Positions 1 to 8,606 of a DNA stretch of 31,646 nucleotides are shown in pieces. The stretch covers positions 1-31,646 of the IMG/VR virus record IMGVR_UViG_3300033512_000117. The stretch is one strand, 5' to 3'. The translations under genes and the position numbers were made by a program. This stretch comes from a virus (Duplodnaviria; Caudoviricetes). Every line of letters starts with the position of its first letter. The stretch's first letter is position 1. Under the pieces are notes generated by a model, which saw only the letters and a list, made by a program, of their open reading frames with translations, did no database searches and had not been told where the DNA came from.

Positions 1-141
1 CTATAATAGCAAGTGGAATTTATAATGCAGATACTACTTTTAGTTCAGGTTTAATAGAAAATTCAGTAGTTAATGGTAATGTAACTATAACAGGCACTTG
101 TACTTTAAATAATGTTTATGTAACAGGAACTATTACAATTA
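1..141. repeat. Left copy of 141-bp terminal overlap (circular contig)
   Basis: Bases 1-141 (ctataatagc...tattacaatta) read identical to 31506-31646, and an ORF runs in frame through the junction. Confidence 0.95.
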
Positions 142-242
142 ATAATACTGCTGATAAAGTAATTATAATAGGGTGCAGAAGTTTATCAGCAATTATTGAT
201 AATGGAACAAACACACAATTAATAGCAAATCAAATAATATAA
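1..242 (+). CDS. C-terminal part of the tail fibre/receptor-binding-like protein that starts at 30524 and wraps the junction
   Basis: The frame starting at base 3 (IIASGIYNADTT...QLIANQII) ends at TAA 240-242 and continues the frame of ATG 30524. Confidence 0.85.
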   Translation, partial: IIASGIYNADTTFSSGLIENSVVNGNVTITGTCTLNNVYVTGTITINNTADKVIIIGCRSLSAIIDNGTNTQLIANQII

Positions 243-252
243 ATAAAGAAAT

Positions 253-870
253 ATGAGCAAACAATTAAATAATAAAGAAACAGGTCATTTTATCAGAATA
301 GATAAAGACAAAGATAAAATAGATATCAATAATAATAGAGTAGTTTATACTAAATATGAAACTATTATTTATGATGAAATAGGTTCTGTTAAAAAAGAAT
401 TTAAAATAGAACAAAAAGGACACGAATTTACAACTATTAATTTAGAAGACTATTTAAATCAAACTGTTAATTTTACAGATTTAGTAATTAATGAACTTCA
501 AAAAGAATTATTTGCTAATTATGTAATAGAAGAAGGAGTTTATAATTGGATTTATCCTTTAAAGAATTACAGATTGGTTATTAATAATACTAAGAGTAAC
601 GAGGCATTAGGTAATCCTTCTTATTTAACTTTATTAAATAAAATGGTTACAGAACAACCTAATAGGTTAGTACAAAAAACCAATACAATTATTTATGTTA
701 ATAGTATTGAAGAAGGTGATTTAAGTGAAAGTATAGTACCTTACATAAATGATTGGATATTTATTGAAAGAAATCCTAATTCTCAAATACCTTTTGCAAG
801 TGATTTAGAAACTTATTTAGAACCACCTATTGAATATGTTATTATAGGTGATGCTAATGGTTCTAATTAA
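253..870 (+). CDS. Hypothetical protein in the tail-fibre cluster
   Basis: 205-aa ORF 10 bp after the previous stop; no motif recognised. Confidence 0.7.
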   Translation: MSKQLNNKETGHFIRIDKDKDKIDINNNRVVYTKYETIIYDEIGSVKKEFKIEQKGHEFTTINLEDYLNQTVNFTDLVINELQKELFANYVIEEGVYNWIYPLKNYRLVINNTKSNEALGNPSYLTLLNKMVTEQPNRLVQKTNTIIYVNSIEEGDLSESIVPYINDWIFIERNPNSQIPFASDLETYLEPPIEYVIIGDANGSN

Positions 871-893
871 TTAGATTTAAGGTATCATTTAGT

Positions 894-1058
894 AATTCCC
901 CTGTAATAAATGAGGTTTGATAATAATATATACAGTATTTAAGTAGAAGATGTATTAAAAGATATATAATATAAAGGTAGTAGAAAGATAGTAAAGCTAT
1001 AAATAAGAAAGAAGTTGTATTATATATCTTATCAAACCTTATTTATTACAGGGGAATT
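894..1058. repeat. CCCCTGTA hairpin cassette 1 (30-bp inverted arms)
   Basis: Arms 894-923 aattcccctgtaataaatgaggtttgataa and 1029-1058 ttatcaaaccttatttattacaggggaatt, with one G-T pair. Inner stem 959-974/1015-1030. Confidence 0.92.
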
Positions 1059-1156
1059 TAAAAAAGAACCTTAATTACTTAAATCAATTTGAAAAACAAT
1101 TTGAAAACAATTTGATATAGTAAATAACAAGTAAAACAAAAGAAATACATAAGTAT

Positions 1157-1420
1157 ATGTCAAAAAGAATTTATAATTATGATTTTGAAAATAAAGTTTC
1201 AGAATTTGGTGGATTACTTCAATATAAATTTGATGCAGTTGATATAGTTGCAAGAGATGAAAATGGTAAAATACTAACAATAGACTTTTATCAAAATGGT
1301 TTAACTTTACCACAATCAAAGAAAGTAATGACTATTGTTATGACTTATGATGAAAATGGTTATAGAAAGACAATAGATTGTATTGATTTATTAACAGTAG
1401 CAGAAACAAATCTAAGATAA
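1157..1420 (+). CDS. Small hypothetical virion-associated protein
   Basis: 87-aa ORF whose stop overlaps the next start (TAATG). Confidence 0.7.
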   Translation: MSKRIYNYDFENKVSEFGGLLQYKFDAVDIVARDENGKILTIDFYQNGLTLPQSKKVMTIVMTYDENGYRKTIDCIDLLTVAETNLR

Positions 1421-1788
1421 TGAAAAACTTAACAGCAGGAAGTAACGCAGGTTTTGATATATTAAAGTTATTTGAAGATGATATTAATACTTCTTTTTCA
1501 AATACAATATTAGTTAATGCTGATAAAACACCAAGTATTGTAAATCATACGTTATTAGTTACAACAGGTTCAAGCATAATAAATATTACATTATTATCAG
1601 CTTTAAATAGAAAAGGTAAAGAATTTATGATTAAGAAAGTAGATAATGGTATTGGTAATGTTTTAATTAGTACAACACTTAGTCAATTAATAGATGATGT
1701 TTTAACTGTAACATTATATAAAAAGAATGATACATTATTTATAATATCAGATGGAGTTAATTGGCAAGTGATATATAACATAATCTAA
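1420..1788 (+). CDS. Tail fibre/baseplate accessory beta-rich domain protein
   Basis: The pattern ITL...GKEFMIKKVD...IDD...IISDGVNWQVI resembles a domain common in phage fibre proteins (recognised from memory); context agrees. Confidence 0.55.
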   Translation: MKNLTAGSNAGFDILKLFEDDINTSFSNTILVNADKTPSIVNHTLLVTTGSSIINITLLSALNRKGKEFMIKKVDNGIGNVLISTTLSQLIDDVLTVTLYKKNDTLFIISDGVNWQVIYNII

Positions 1789-1830
1789 TAACATAATCTA
1801 ATAACAAAGCTTAATAACAAAACCTAATAA
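1776..1830 (+). repeat. Degenerate 13-bp tandem repeat x4 beginning in the last codons of the CDS
   Basis: taacataatctaa taacataatctaa taacaaagcttaa taacaaaacctaa. Confidence 0.85.
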
Positions 1831-1873
1831 AAAGAAATTAGAATAATTAACATAATTAAAAAAAGAATTAGAA

Positions 1874-3397
1874 ATGGAACATAAATTAAAAGATAATTTA
1901 ACATTAACAGGAACTATTACTGCAAGTAATATTAATTTTGTAAATCCATCATCTTTAACAAAAGAACCAACAGGATTTGTAAGCCCTGAATTAGTTGTTA
2001 TTAATTATGATAGTACAAATAGGACTATTACTTTAACAGGAACTGTGGATGCTTATTGGAGAGGTGTTAAAATAGATGCTTTAGTATCAGGTTGGGTATC
2101 AACTGCACATACAGCAACAAATGGAACTTGGTATTTATATTACAATGGTAGTTCTTTTGTATGGAGTCAAACTGTTTGGACATTTAATATGGTTCAAATT
2201 GCTTTTGTTTATTATAGTACAAATGATAAATTTGCTTTAAGAGAATGCCATTCATTAATGAGTTGGCAAACACATAAAGAATTACACGAAACTATTGGAA
2301 CATATAGAAATAGTGGAGGTGATTTTAGTAATTATGTATTAGCATCAACAACTGCCGCAAACAGAAGATCTTTCATAAGTGCTTGTTTAATTGATGATGA
2401 GGATTTACCAACAAATAATCCCGCTTTAAATACAAATAGTTATTGCTTGAGATATTTAACAAGTACAGGAGTAACTACTTTTACAACAATTGCTACTGAT
2501 ATAATTGCTTTATTAACAAATAATCCTTATTATAATCAATTTACAGGTGGTAATTGGATACAAACATTAATGCCGAATAATAGTTATGCTGCTATATTTG
2601 TATTAACTATACCAACAACAAGTGATTCAGGTAGTCAAGCATATAGATATCAATTTATACAACCACAATCAACAAGTGGTTCATTATCTACTATTCAAGC
2701 ATTAACTATTGATAGTGTTATATTAGGCGATGCTATCTTAAGTGAATTTGCTTTTATTCAAAAGATAATAGTTAGATTTACAGGTGGAAATTGGGTAATA
2801 AGTGGAACAACTAAATTGACAGGAAATAGACAAAATGCTGTATCTTTACAAGGAAGTTTCTTATCAAGTGTTAATACAACAACTGATTTTAGTGGAGTTG
2901 GTACATTAACTAATCCTTTGGCTTTAGTTAATAAAGATGGTTTCTTTGATTATAATCATTCAGGTACAACTCAAGCATATACATCAGGTAATATGAAAGT
3001 ATTAAATGATGGTGCAGGTGCTTATACAACAAGTTTATATGCTCCATTTGGTATAACTGATTTATTGAACACTACAACTAATCAATTTGATTTTAGTGGA
3101 TTAAGTTTAGGTGATGAAGTTATGTTAAGAATTGATTATATAGTAACAACAACTGCAAATAATCAAATAGTAAATGGATTTATGACTTTTGATATAGGTG
3201 GAACTCCTTATAATTTAACATTAGGAAGTTCGTATTTCAAAGTAGTTGGAACATATAACATTATAAAAGTAGTACCTTTTTATATTGGTAATGAAGGAAC
3301 TTTAAACAATCCTGCTGAACTTTATTTTGATAGTGATGCTGCTGCTACATTACAAGTTAATGGTTTTTATATTTCAGCTAAAAGAAGAAAGATTTAA
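1874..3397 (+). CDS. Putative tail fibre / receptor-binding structural protein
   Basis: 507 aa, Thr/Ser/Asn/Gly-rich and beta-prone, with a modular C-terminal domain; lies inside the baseplate region. Confidence 0.6.
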   Translation: MEHKLKDNLTLTGTITASNINFVNPSSLTKEPTGFVSPELVVINYDSTNRTITLTGTVDAYWRGVKIDALVSGWVSTAHTATNGTWYLYYNGSSFVWSQTVWTFNMVQIAFVYYSTNDKFALRECHSLMSWQTHKELHETIGTYRNSGGDFSNYVLASTTAANRRSFISACLIDDEDLPTNNPALNTNSYCLRYLTSTGVTTFTTIATDIIALLTNNPYYNQFTGGNWIQTLMPNNSYAAIFVLTIPTTSDSGSQAYRYQFIQPQSTSGSLSTIQALTIDSVILGDAILSEFAFIQKIIVRFTGGNWVISGTTKLTGNRQNAVSLQGSFLSSVNTTTDFSGVGTLTNPLALVNKDGFFDYNHSGTTQAYTSGNMKVLNDGAGAYTTSLYAPFGITDLLNTTTNQFDFSGLSLGDEVMLRIDYIVTTTANNQIVNGFMTFDIGGTPYNLTLGSSYFKVVGTYNIIKVVPFYIGNEGTLNNPAELYFDSDAAATLQVNGFYISAKRRKI

Positions 3398-3399
3398 TT

Positions 3400-3699
3400 A
3401 TGGAAAAGTCAGAAGATATATTATTAGATGAGGATTATGATTTGTTATTTGAAGGTGTAGAGAGTTTTGATTTTAAGATAGGAGATAGCACTGAACAAGA
3501 CATAGAATTAATATTGTTGAATAGTGAAGGACATATAAAACAACACCCTACTTTTGGAGTTAGTGTTAAAGAAATGACAAATGGTAGATGGACACAAACT
3601 ATGAAGACTAAGATAAAAAAGAACTTGGAATTAGATGGCTTTATAGTAAATGATATTCAATTTAAAGACGGACAAATTAATATAGATGCAATAAGATAA
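3400..3699 (+). CDS. Baseplate wedge / sheath initiator (gp25/GpW-like)
   Basis: 99 aa with DILLD...EQDIELIL...GHIKQHPTFGV...LELDG; upstream of the LysM-like and baseplate J-like genes. Confidence 0.65.
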   Translation: MEKSEDILLDEDYDLLFEGVESFDFKIGDSTEQDIELILLNSEGHIKQHPTFGVSVKEMTNGRWTQTMKTKIKKNLELDGFIVNDIQFKDGQINIDAIR

Positions 3700-3703
3700 A
3701 GTT

Positions 3704-3979
3704 ATGAAAACAAACATAAGGAGGTTACCCGAACAAAGCATATTAGATTTCTTATTGACTAATACAGGTTCAATTGATAGTATGTTTGAGTTTTTAGTAG
3801 AGCAAGGTATTAGTTATAATGAATTTGATACATTACCAAGTATTATAAATACTAATTATATTAAGAATAATACAACAGATTATTATTTAAAGAAAGGTTA
3901 TAAAGTAGTATCTTTTAATCCTAATTTTAATTTAAATGTTGGTGATTATAATAATGATTTTAATATTGATTTTAATTAG
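3704..3979 (+). CDS. LysM/GpX-like baseplate protein
   Basis: N-terminal EQSILDFLLTNTGSIDSMFEF is a degenerate LysM-type pattern, with a DYNNDFNIDFN tail; sits between gp25-like and J-like genes. Confidence 0.55.
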   Translation: MKTNIRRLPEQSILDFLLTNTGSIDSMFEFLVEQGISYNEFDTLPSIINTNYIKNNTTDYYLKKGYKVVSFNPNFNLNVGDYNNDFNIDFN

Positions 3980-4044
3980 GTTTAAGTATTAGGTTTAAGT
4001 ATTAGGTTTAAGTATTAGGTTTAAGTATTAGGTTTAAGTATTAG
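3976..4044 (+). repeat. Perfect 13-bp tandem repeat (ttaggtttaagta) x5.3
   Basis: Read directly; the first unit contains the TAG stop of the upstream CDS. Confidence 0.95.
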
Positions 4045-4084
4045 TAAAGACTAATCAAAAGGTTTTTTATTACTTTGCTTATAT

Positions 4085-4147
4085 TCCCCTGTAATAAATG
4101 AGAATTTGAAACATAGTATTGTTTAAAACCTTATTTATTACAGGGGA
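4085..4147. repeat. CCCCTGTA hairpin cassette 2 (18-bp arms, short interior)
   Basis: 4085-4102 tcccctgtaataaatgag / 4130-4147 cttatttattacagggga, with the same G-T pair as cassette 1. Confidence 0.92.
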
Positions 4148-4173
4148 TAATTAGTAAATAACTAAGAGATTAA

Positions 4174-4185
4174 TAGTATATAGTA
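4174..4185 (+). promoter_or_regulatory. Promoter-like motif TAGTATATAGTA
   Basis: The identical 12-mer occurs at 12651 and 22552, each between a cassette and a gene start. Confidence 0.5.
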
Positions 4186-4241
4186 ATAAAAACAATTTGA
4201 TTCAATAGATATAGTAAGTTTAACAATTAATAATAATAAAG

Positions 4242-4724
4242 ATGATTTACGGAAGTGTGTTGATTACAGAAGTTATGGAATTACCAAATCTTGGTAGTCT
4301 TATGAATTATGGAATATTAGGTTTATTCTCATTACTTATGATTACTTTAATCTTCTATTTTATGAAGGATTATAAGAAAAGACACGAGGCAACAGTAACA
4401 GAATTAAAAGAGGTTACATTAAGATTAAGTACAGAAAAAGATGCAATATCAGTAAAACTAAATGCTGAAAAAGATGCAATTGTAGCAAAACTAACTGCTG
4501 AAAAAGATGCAGTAACATCAGCATTTAATCAGTATTTAATACAAAAGAATGACATATTCTTAACATTAGTATCAGAAAATACAGCAATATTTAAAGAGAT
4601 TTCAATTAGTTTAGCTTTAAATTCAGAAGTAGTAAAGAGATTAATGGATAACGAAGGACAAAAGAATGATGGTATTAATAAAGTAAATAGTACTTTTGGA
4701 GGTTATGCAAATATACAAAGATAA
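4242..4724 (+). CDS. Holin-like membrane protein (one TM helix plus coiled coil with 11-aa repeats)
   Basis: Hydrophobic YGILGLFSLLMITLIFYFM followed by basic residues, then three EKDA repeats at 33-bp spacing. Confidence 0.5.
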   Translation: MIYGSVLITEVMELPNLGSLMNYGILGLFSLLMITLIFYFMKDYKKRHEATVTELKEVTLRLSTEKDAISVKLNAEKDAIVAKLTAEKDAVTSAFNQYLIQKNDIFLTLVSENTAIFKEISISLALNSEVVKRLMDNEGQKNDGINKVNSTFGGYANIQR

Positions 4725-4797
4725 CTAATACTAAACCTAATATTAAATCTAATAAAAGAAATTGTATAATTAACAATATAAAATAAAAGAAAGTAAT

Positions 4798-5658
4798 ATG
4801 GCAAGAACAATAGATACTATATATCAGGAGATAATAGTAGAAAAGACAAACCAACCAACTTTGAAATACAAATTATTAAATGAAGATGGTACAAGTACTT
4901 TAAGTACAGAACAAGATTTATTAACTCGTTTAACAAGTAATAGTAAAGTTGCTATTTGGAAGTTATGGGCTTATACAACCGCAGTAGTTATATGGACACA
5001 AGAGAAGCTATGGGATTTGTTTAAAGTAGAAGTTGAAACAATTAAAGCTAATTCATTTGTTGGTAGTTTAACTTGGTGGGAAAGTAAGGCAAAAGAATTT
5101 CAATATGGTGATACATTAGTAGTAGACCCAATAACTTATGCAATATCTTATGCAACTTTAGATATAGTTAAACAAATAATAGAACATTCAGCTTGTATTG
5201 AATTTGGTGGTAAAGTTTATTTAAAAGTAAGAAGATTAGATATTGATATATTAAGTGTACCTGAATTAGAAGCATTTAAATCTTATGTAAATAGTATTAA
5301 ATTTGCAGGAACACAAGTAGTAATATATAATTTAAATGCTGATGATTTAAAATTGAATTACGAAGTATTCTATAATCCAATAATAGATGAAGCTATTGTT
5401 AAAGCTCAAATAGAAAGTGCTGTTAATAATTATATATCAAATATACCTTTCAATGGTGAACTTGATATAAATGCTTTAAATGTATTAATGAAATCTGTAA
5501 ATGGAGTTAAAGCAGTAAGATTTATATCAGGTTATGCTAAAAATGGTGCAAACGCATATACTCAATTTGATAATTACTATACAAGTGTTGCAGGTTACTG
5601 TAATGTAGATGTAGCATATCCTTTATCAACAACTATTACTTATACTAAAAAATATTAA
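4798..5658 (+). CDS. Baseplate J-like wedge protein
   Basis: MARTIDTIY...SKVAIWKLWAY...WW...FQYGD...F..Y...IKFAGT pattern, typical of Bacteroidota Mu-like baseplate proteins (from memory); position agrees. Confidence 0.7.
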   Translation: MARTIDTIYQEIIVEKTNQPTLKYKLLNEDGTSTLSTEQDLLTRLTSNSKVAIWKLWAYTTAVVIWTQEKLWDLFKVEVETIKANSFVGSLTWWESKAKEFQYGDTLVVDPITYAISYATLDIVKQIIEHSACIEFGGKVYLKVRRLDIDILSVPELEAFKSYVNSIKFAGTQVVIYNLNADDLKLNYEVFYNPIIDEAIVKAQIESAVNNYISNIPFNGELDINALNVLMKSVNGVKAVRFISGYAKNGANAYTQFDNYYTSVAGYCNVDVAYPLSTTITYTKKY

Positions 5659-5659
5659 G

Positions 5660-6202
5660 ATGATACCTATTATTTCAATAAATAAGTTACTTGAGCATTT
5701 ACTACCTGTTGTATTTAAAGACAAAGTATATACTACAAGTAATTCTTATCAGTGGTTAATTGCTCTTAGTTATCCGATAAAAGTTATTTATAATGACTTT
5801 AAAGAATATAGAAATAAGACATTATATGATTTGCAACATACAGGTCAGGTCTTATCATTGGAACATCAATTAAACGATTATTATAGTCTTCCATTCCCTA
5901 TTGATATAATCAGTAGTATTTGGGTAGAAGATGGTGAAAGAAAAGATGAATATTATATATTTAATAATGGTATTGATGCAAATACTATATTAAATGATAC
6001 TCAAGTTTATGTATTTAATTCATCAGAAGAATTAAATGTTGGATTTGAACAACCTTATTTATATTTAGATATAGAACTTATTGTAGATAATATTGATTTT
6101 ATAGTACACGTTCCAATTGCAATAACTAATTTAGATTATATAAAAACTATATTGAATACATATAAATTAGCAGGATATAGTTATTCAATAGTTAGTTATT
6201 AA
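5660..6202 (+). CDS. Baseplate I-like wedge protein
   Basis: HTGQVLSLEHQLND...DFIVHVP...YKLAGYSY; directly follows the J-like gene. Confidence 0.65.
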   Translation: MIPIISINKLLEHLLPVVFKDKVYTTSNSYQWLIALSYPIKVIYNDFKEYRNKTLYDLQHTGQVLSLEHQLNDYYSLPFPIDIISSIWVEDGERKDEYYIFNNGIDANTILNDTQVYVFNSSEELNVGFEQPYLYLDIELIVDNIDFIVHVPIAITNLDYIKTILNTYKLAGYSYSIVSY

Positions 6203-6216
6203 TCAGTAGTAAAATA

Positions 6217-6249
6217 AAGTAAATAACAAGTAAATAACAAGTAAATATA
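6217..6249 (+). repeat. 11-bp tandem repeat aagtaaataac x3 (last copy degenerate)
   Basis: Read directly in the intergenic gap. Confidence 0.7.
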
Positions 6250-6269
6250 AAATACGTAAAGAATAAGAT

Positions 6270-7109
6270 ATGAAAAAGTTTATAACAGGAATAAATGGTG
6301 GTATGCCATTAAGAATTGATACATTAGAATTAATACAAACTAATTGTAAAGAATTAGTTAGTTCTATATGTAAGGGTTTAGCAGGTTCAAATACTGCAAT
6401 TATATTATATGGTTGTGAAATAGTTGTTACAAATAGTGGTTCACCAAATCCAACATTAGCAGTAAGTCAGGGTGCAATATATTATAATGATGAGGTATTT
6501 GAAGTTGTTGGTGTAAGTGGTATACCTTTAGTTGCAGGAGCTACACAATCAGATGCAGAAGCATTATATTGGGATTTAAATATTGTTGATTATCTTACTT
6601 TAACATTTAAAGATACAAGTATTCATAATATACATACTGATAGAACTGCGGTATTAACATCAACACCTGCAACTTGGGTAGGAGTAAGATTTTTAAAAAC
6701 AGTTGATAGTTTTATTAATAAGCAAGTTAAAACAAGTAAATCAGTAACTCAACAATCAGCAAGTTTATATAGTGGTAATGTTTATTATAATGTTGATACA
6801 TATACAGCATATATATTAAAAGATGAAAAGTTGAATACTTTAAATTTGAAGTTTCAAAGTACTTTAAATAGTTCAATGGGAAGTCCTTTAACATTAGGAT
6901 TGAAATATCAAATAGATGATACATTTGTATTACCTTTTAGTGGAAGTAAATATTTAGTTTATGGTACTGTTAATGGAACAAATACTTTATTTGTATTAGA
7001 AGTTGATAGTAATACACCAAGTACATTTATAATTAAAAGATTTGATAATGCGGGATTTAATGCAAATGAAGTAATAACAATGACATTTATAAGTTCATAT
7101 ATTGTTTAA
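6270..7109 (+). CDS. Baseplate-attached tail fibre protein
   Basis: N-terminus GGMPLRIDTLELIQ...IILYGC...GAIYYNDEVF resembles fibre attachment domains that follow the J/I genes. Confidence 0.6.
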   Translation: MKKFITGINGGMPLRIDTLELIQTNCKELVSSICKGLAGSNTAIILYGCEIVVTNSGSPNPTLAVSQGAIYYNDEVFEVVGVSGIPLVAGATQSDAEALYWDLNIVDYLTLTFKDTSIHNIHTDRTAVLTSTPATWVGVRFLKTVDSFINKQVKTSKSVTQQSASLYSGNVYYNVDTYTAYILKDEKLNTLNLKFQSTLNSSMGSPLTLGLKYQIDDTFVLPFSGSKYLVYGTVNGTNTLFVLEVDSNTPSTFIIKRFDNAGFNANEVITMTFISSYIV

Positions 7110-7159
7110 AGATTTGTTTAATGATTTGTTATTAGAATTTGTTATTAGGATTTGATTTA
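7102..7159 (+). repeat. Degenerate 12-13-bp tandem repeat starting at the CDS end
   Basis: ttgtttaaaga tttgtttaatga tttgttattagaa tttgttattagga tttgattta. Confidence 0.75.
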
Positions 7160-7232
7160 TACTTTGTTGTATTTAATAGTTTATATATTGTTATTAAGTG
7201 CGACAAAGTATATAGTATAACTAATTCTTTTT

Positions 7233-7251
7233 TATTATCTTACAGGGGAAC
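7233..7251 (-). repeat. Solo reverse CCCCTGTA site
   Basis: tattatcttacaggggaac, identical to 12587-12605. Confidence 0.9.
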
Positions 7252-7559
7252 TATAATAAATTACTTAAAATACTTTGAATAGTTAATAATAGGTTTAATA
7301 ATAGGTTTAATAATATATTTAATAATAGTAACTGATAAAGTATATAGTTAAAATAAGATTTCAAAGTCTTGTTTATAATAAATACTAAAAAAAGAAGTTG
7401 TTATTATAAAGTGTAAAAATCTATATTTTTAACTTATGAGTAATTTAATTGAATTACCTTAATAACACTAAGATATACGTAAAAACAATAGTAGTGTACT
7501 ACTAAAAAACTTAATTAATACCAAAGTAAAGCTAAAAAAAATAGTGGTTAAAATCAATC

Positions 7560-7591
7560 AAAACGAAGCAAATAACGGCTTCGTTTTTTTT
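7560..7591 (+). terminator. Intrinsic terminator-like hairpin, or one arm of a larger fold
   Basis: aaaacgaagc-aaataacg-gcttcgtttt followed by a T run; downstream of the last tail gene. Confidence 0.7.
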
Positions 7592-7753
7592 ATGTTTTAT
7601 AGTGAAATATTGATTAAATGAGAGAGTTTATTTTTTTAATATAAGTAAGTACACAATTAATATTTTTGTTGAAATTGCACTATAAAATAAGGCAAAGAAT
7701 TGATTTTAACTGTTACTTTGATATAAATAAATTGTTGTAATATGATTATTGAT

Positions 7754-8508
7754 TATCAATTAGTTATGTATTATATATTAATTATCAATTAGTTATATGT
7801 ATTGTATGAATTTTAACAAATTTTAAGAAGTTCCCCTGTAATAAATTAGGTTTTAAGTAGTTATGTAATGTATTGATTATAACTAAAATATGAATTTCTT
7901 AATTTCACACTTATAACTATTTGATTTATATAATTATATAACTACTTAAATTTAAGTATTTAAGACATTTTTTAATTCTGTACTTAAATAGATATTTTAA
8001 AAATATTATCTAATATATATAATAATCAATACTTTAGCTTTTTAGTTAAAATATTACTATATTGATTTATAACATATTAGTAAAAATACATTTTTTTAAA
8101 CAAAGTACTTTTTTTTTAATTACCTATATAAATTACTATACTACAATAAGTTACAACCCTATTTCTATAATATCTTATAACTCAATACTTTATTAATTAC
8201 TTGATTATTACTATTTAGTCTTTTTTTTTATCTAAATATAGTAAGTATCAACACATTAACTTTCAAAATTAACTAAAAATTAGCTAAAAAACTGAATTTT
8301 TTTTAATAATTGCTAACTACTTGATAATTACCTAAAAATCAGTTTTTTTAATTCCATACATATAAGAAAAATATTGTTTTTTTATCTAAATATACTAACT
8401 ATCAATCAATTAACTTTCAATATTAACTAAAATTAACGCTATTTAACTAAAAACTAATCAGTTTTTTTTATAACTAATTGATTATTACTATTTAGTCTTT
8501 TTTTTTAT
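7754..8508. promoter_or_regulatory. Candidate replication origin / control region with ten IHF-consensus sites and long direct repeats
   Basis: WATCAANNNNTTR or its complement at 7754, 7783, 7866, 7914, 8024, 8194, 8246, 8314, 8400 and 8471. Direct repeats about 8201-8231/8478-8508 and 8223-8278/8377-8432. Immediately upstream of the helicase. Confidence 0.6.
7830..7955 (+). repeat. Forward CCCCTGTA site followed by an 18-bp stem (cassette lacking its right motif)
   Basis: gttcccctgtaataaattaggtttt at 7830; stem 7852-7869/7933-7950 with one G-T pair. Confidence 0.8.
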
Positions 8509-8606
8509 AAATTAAAAAAATAAAGTACATTTTATTTGCGGCTTACATATTTAATTACTATCTTTGATAAGAATTAAAAAAGTAAATCTAATATAAAGTA
8601 TTACAA

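Noticed and set aside
3976-4044. Tandem arrays as CRISPR arrays or telomere-like (TTAGG) repeats
   Set aside because: There are no spacers, units are 9-13 bp, no cas genes are present, and the arrays are internal.
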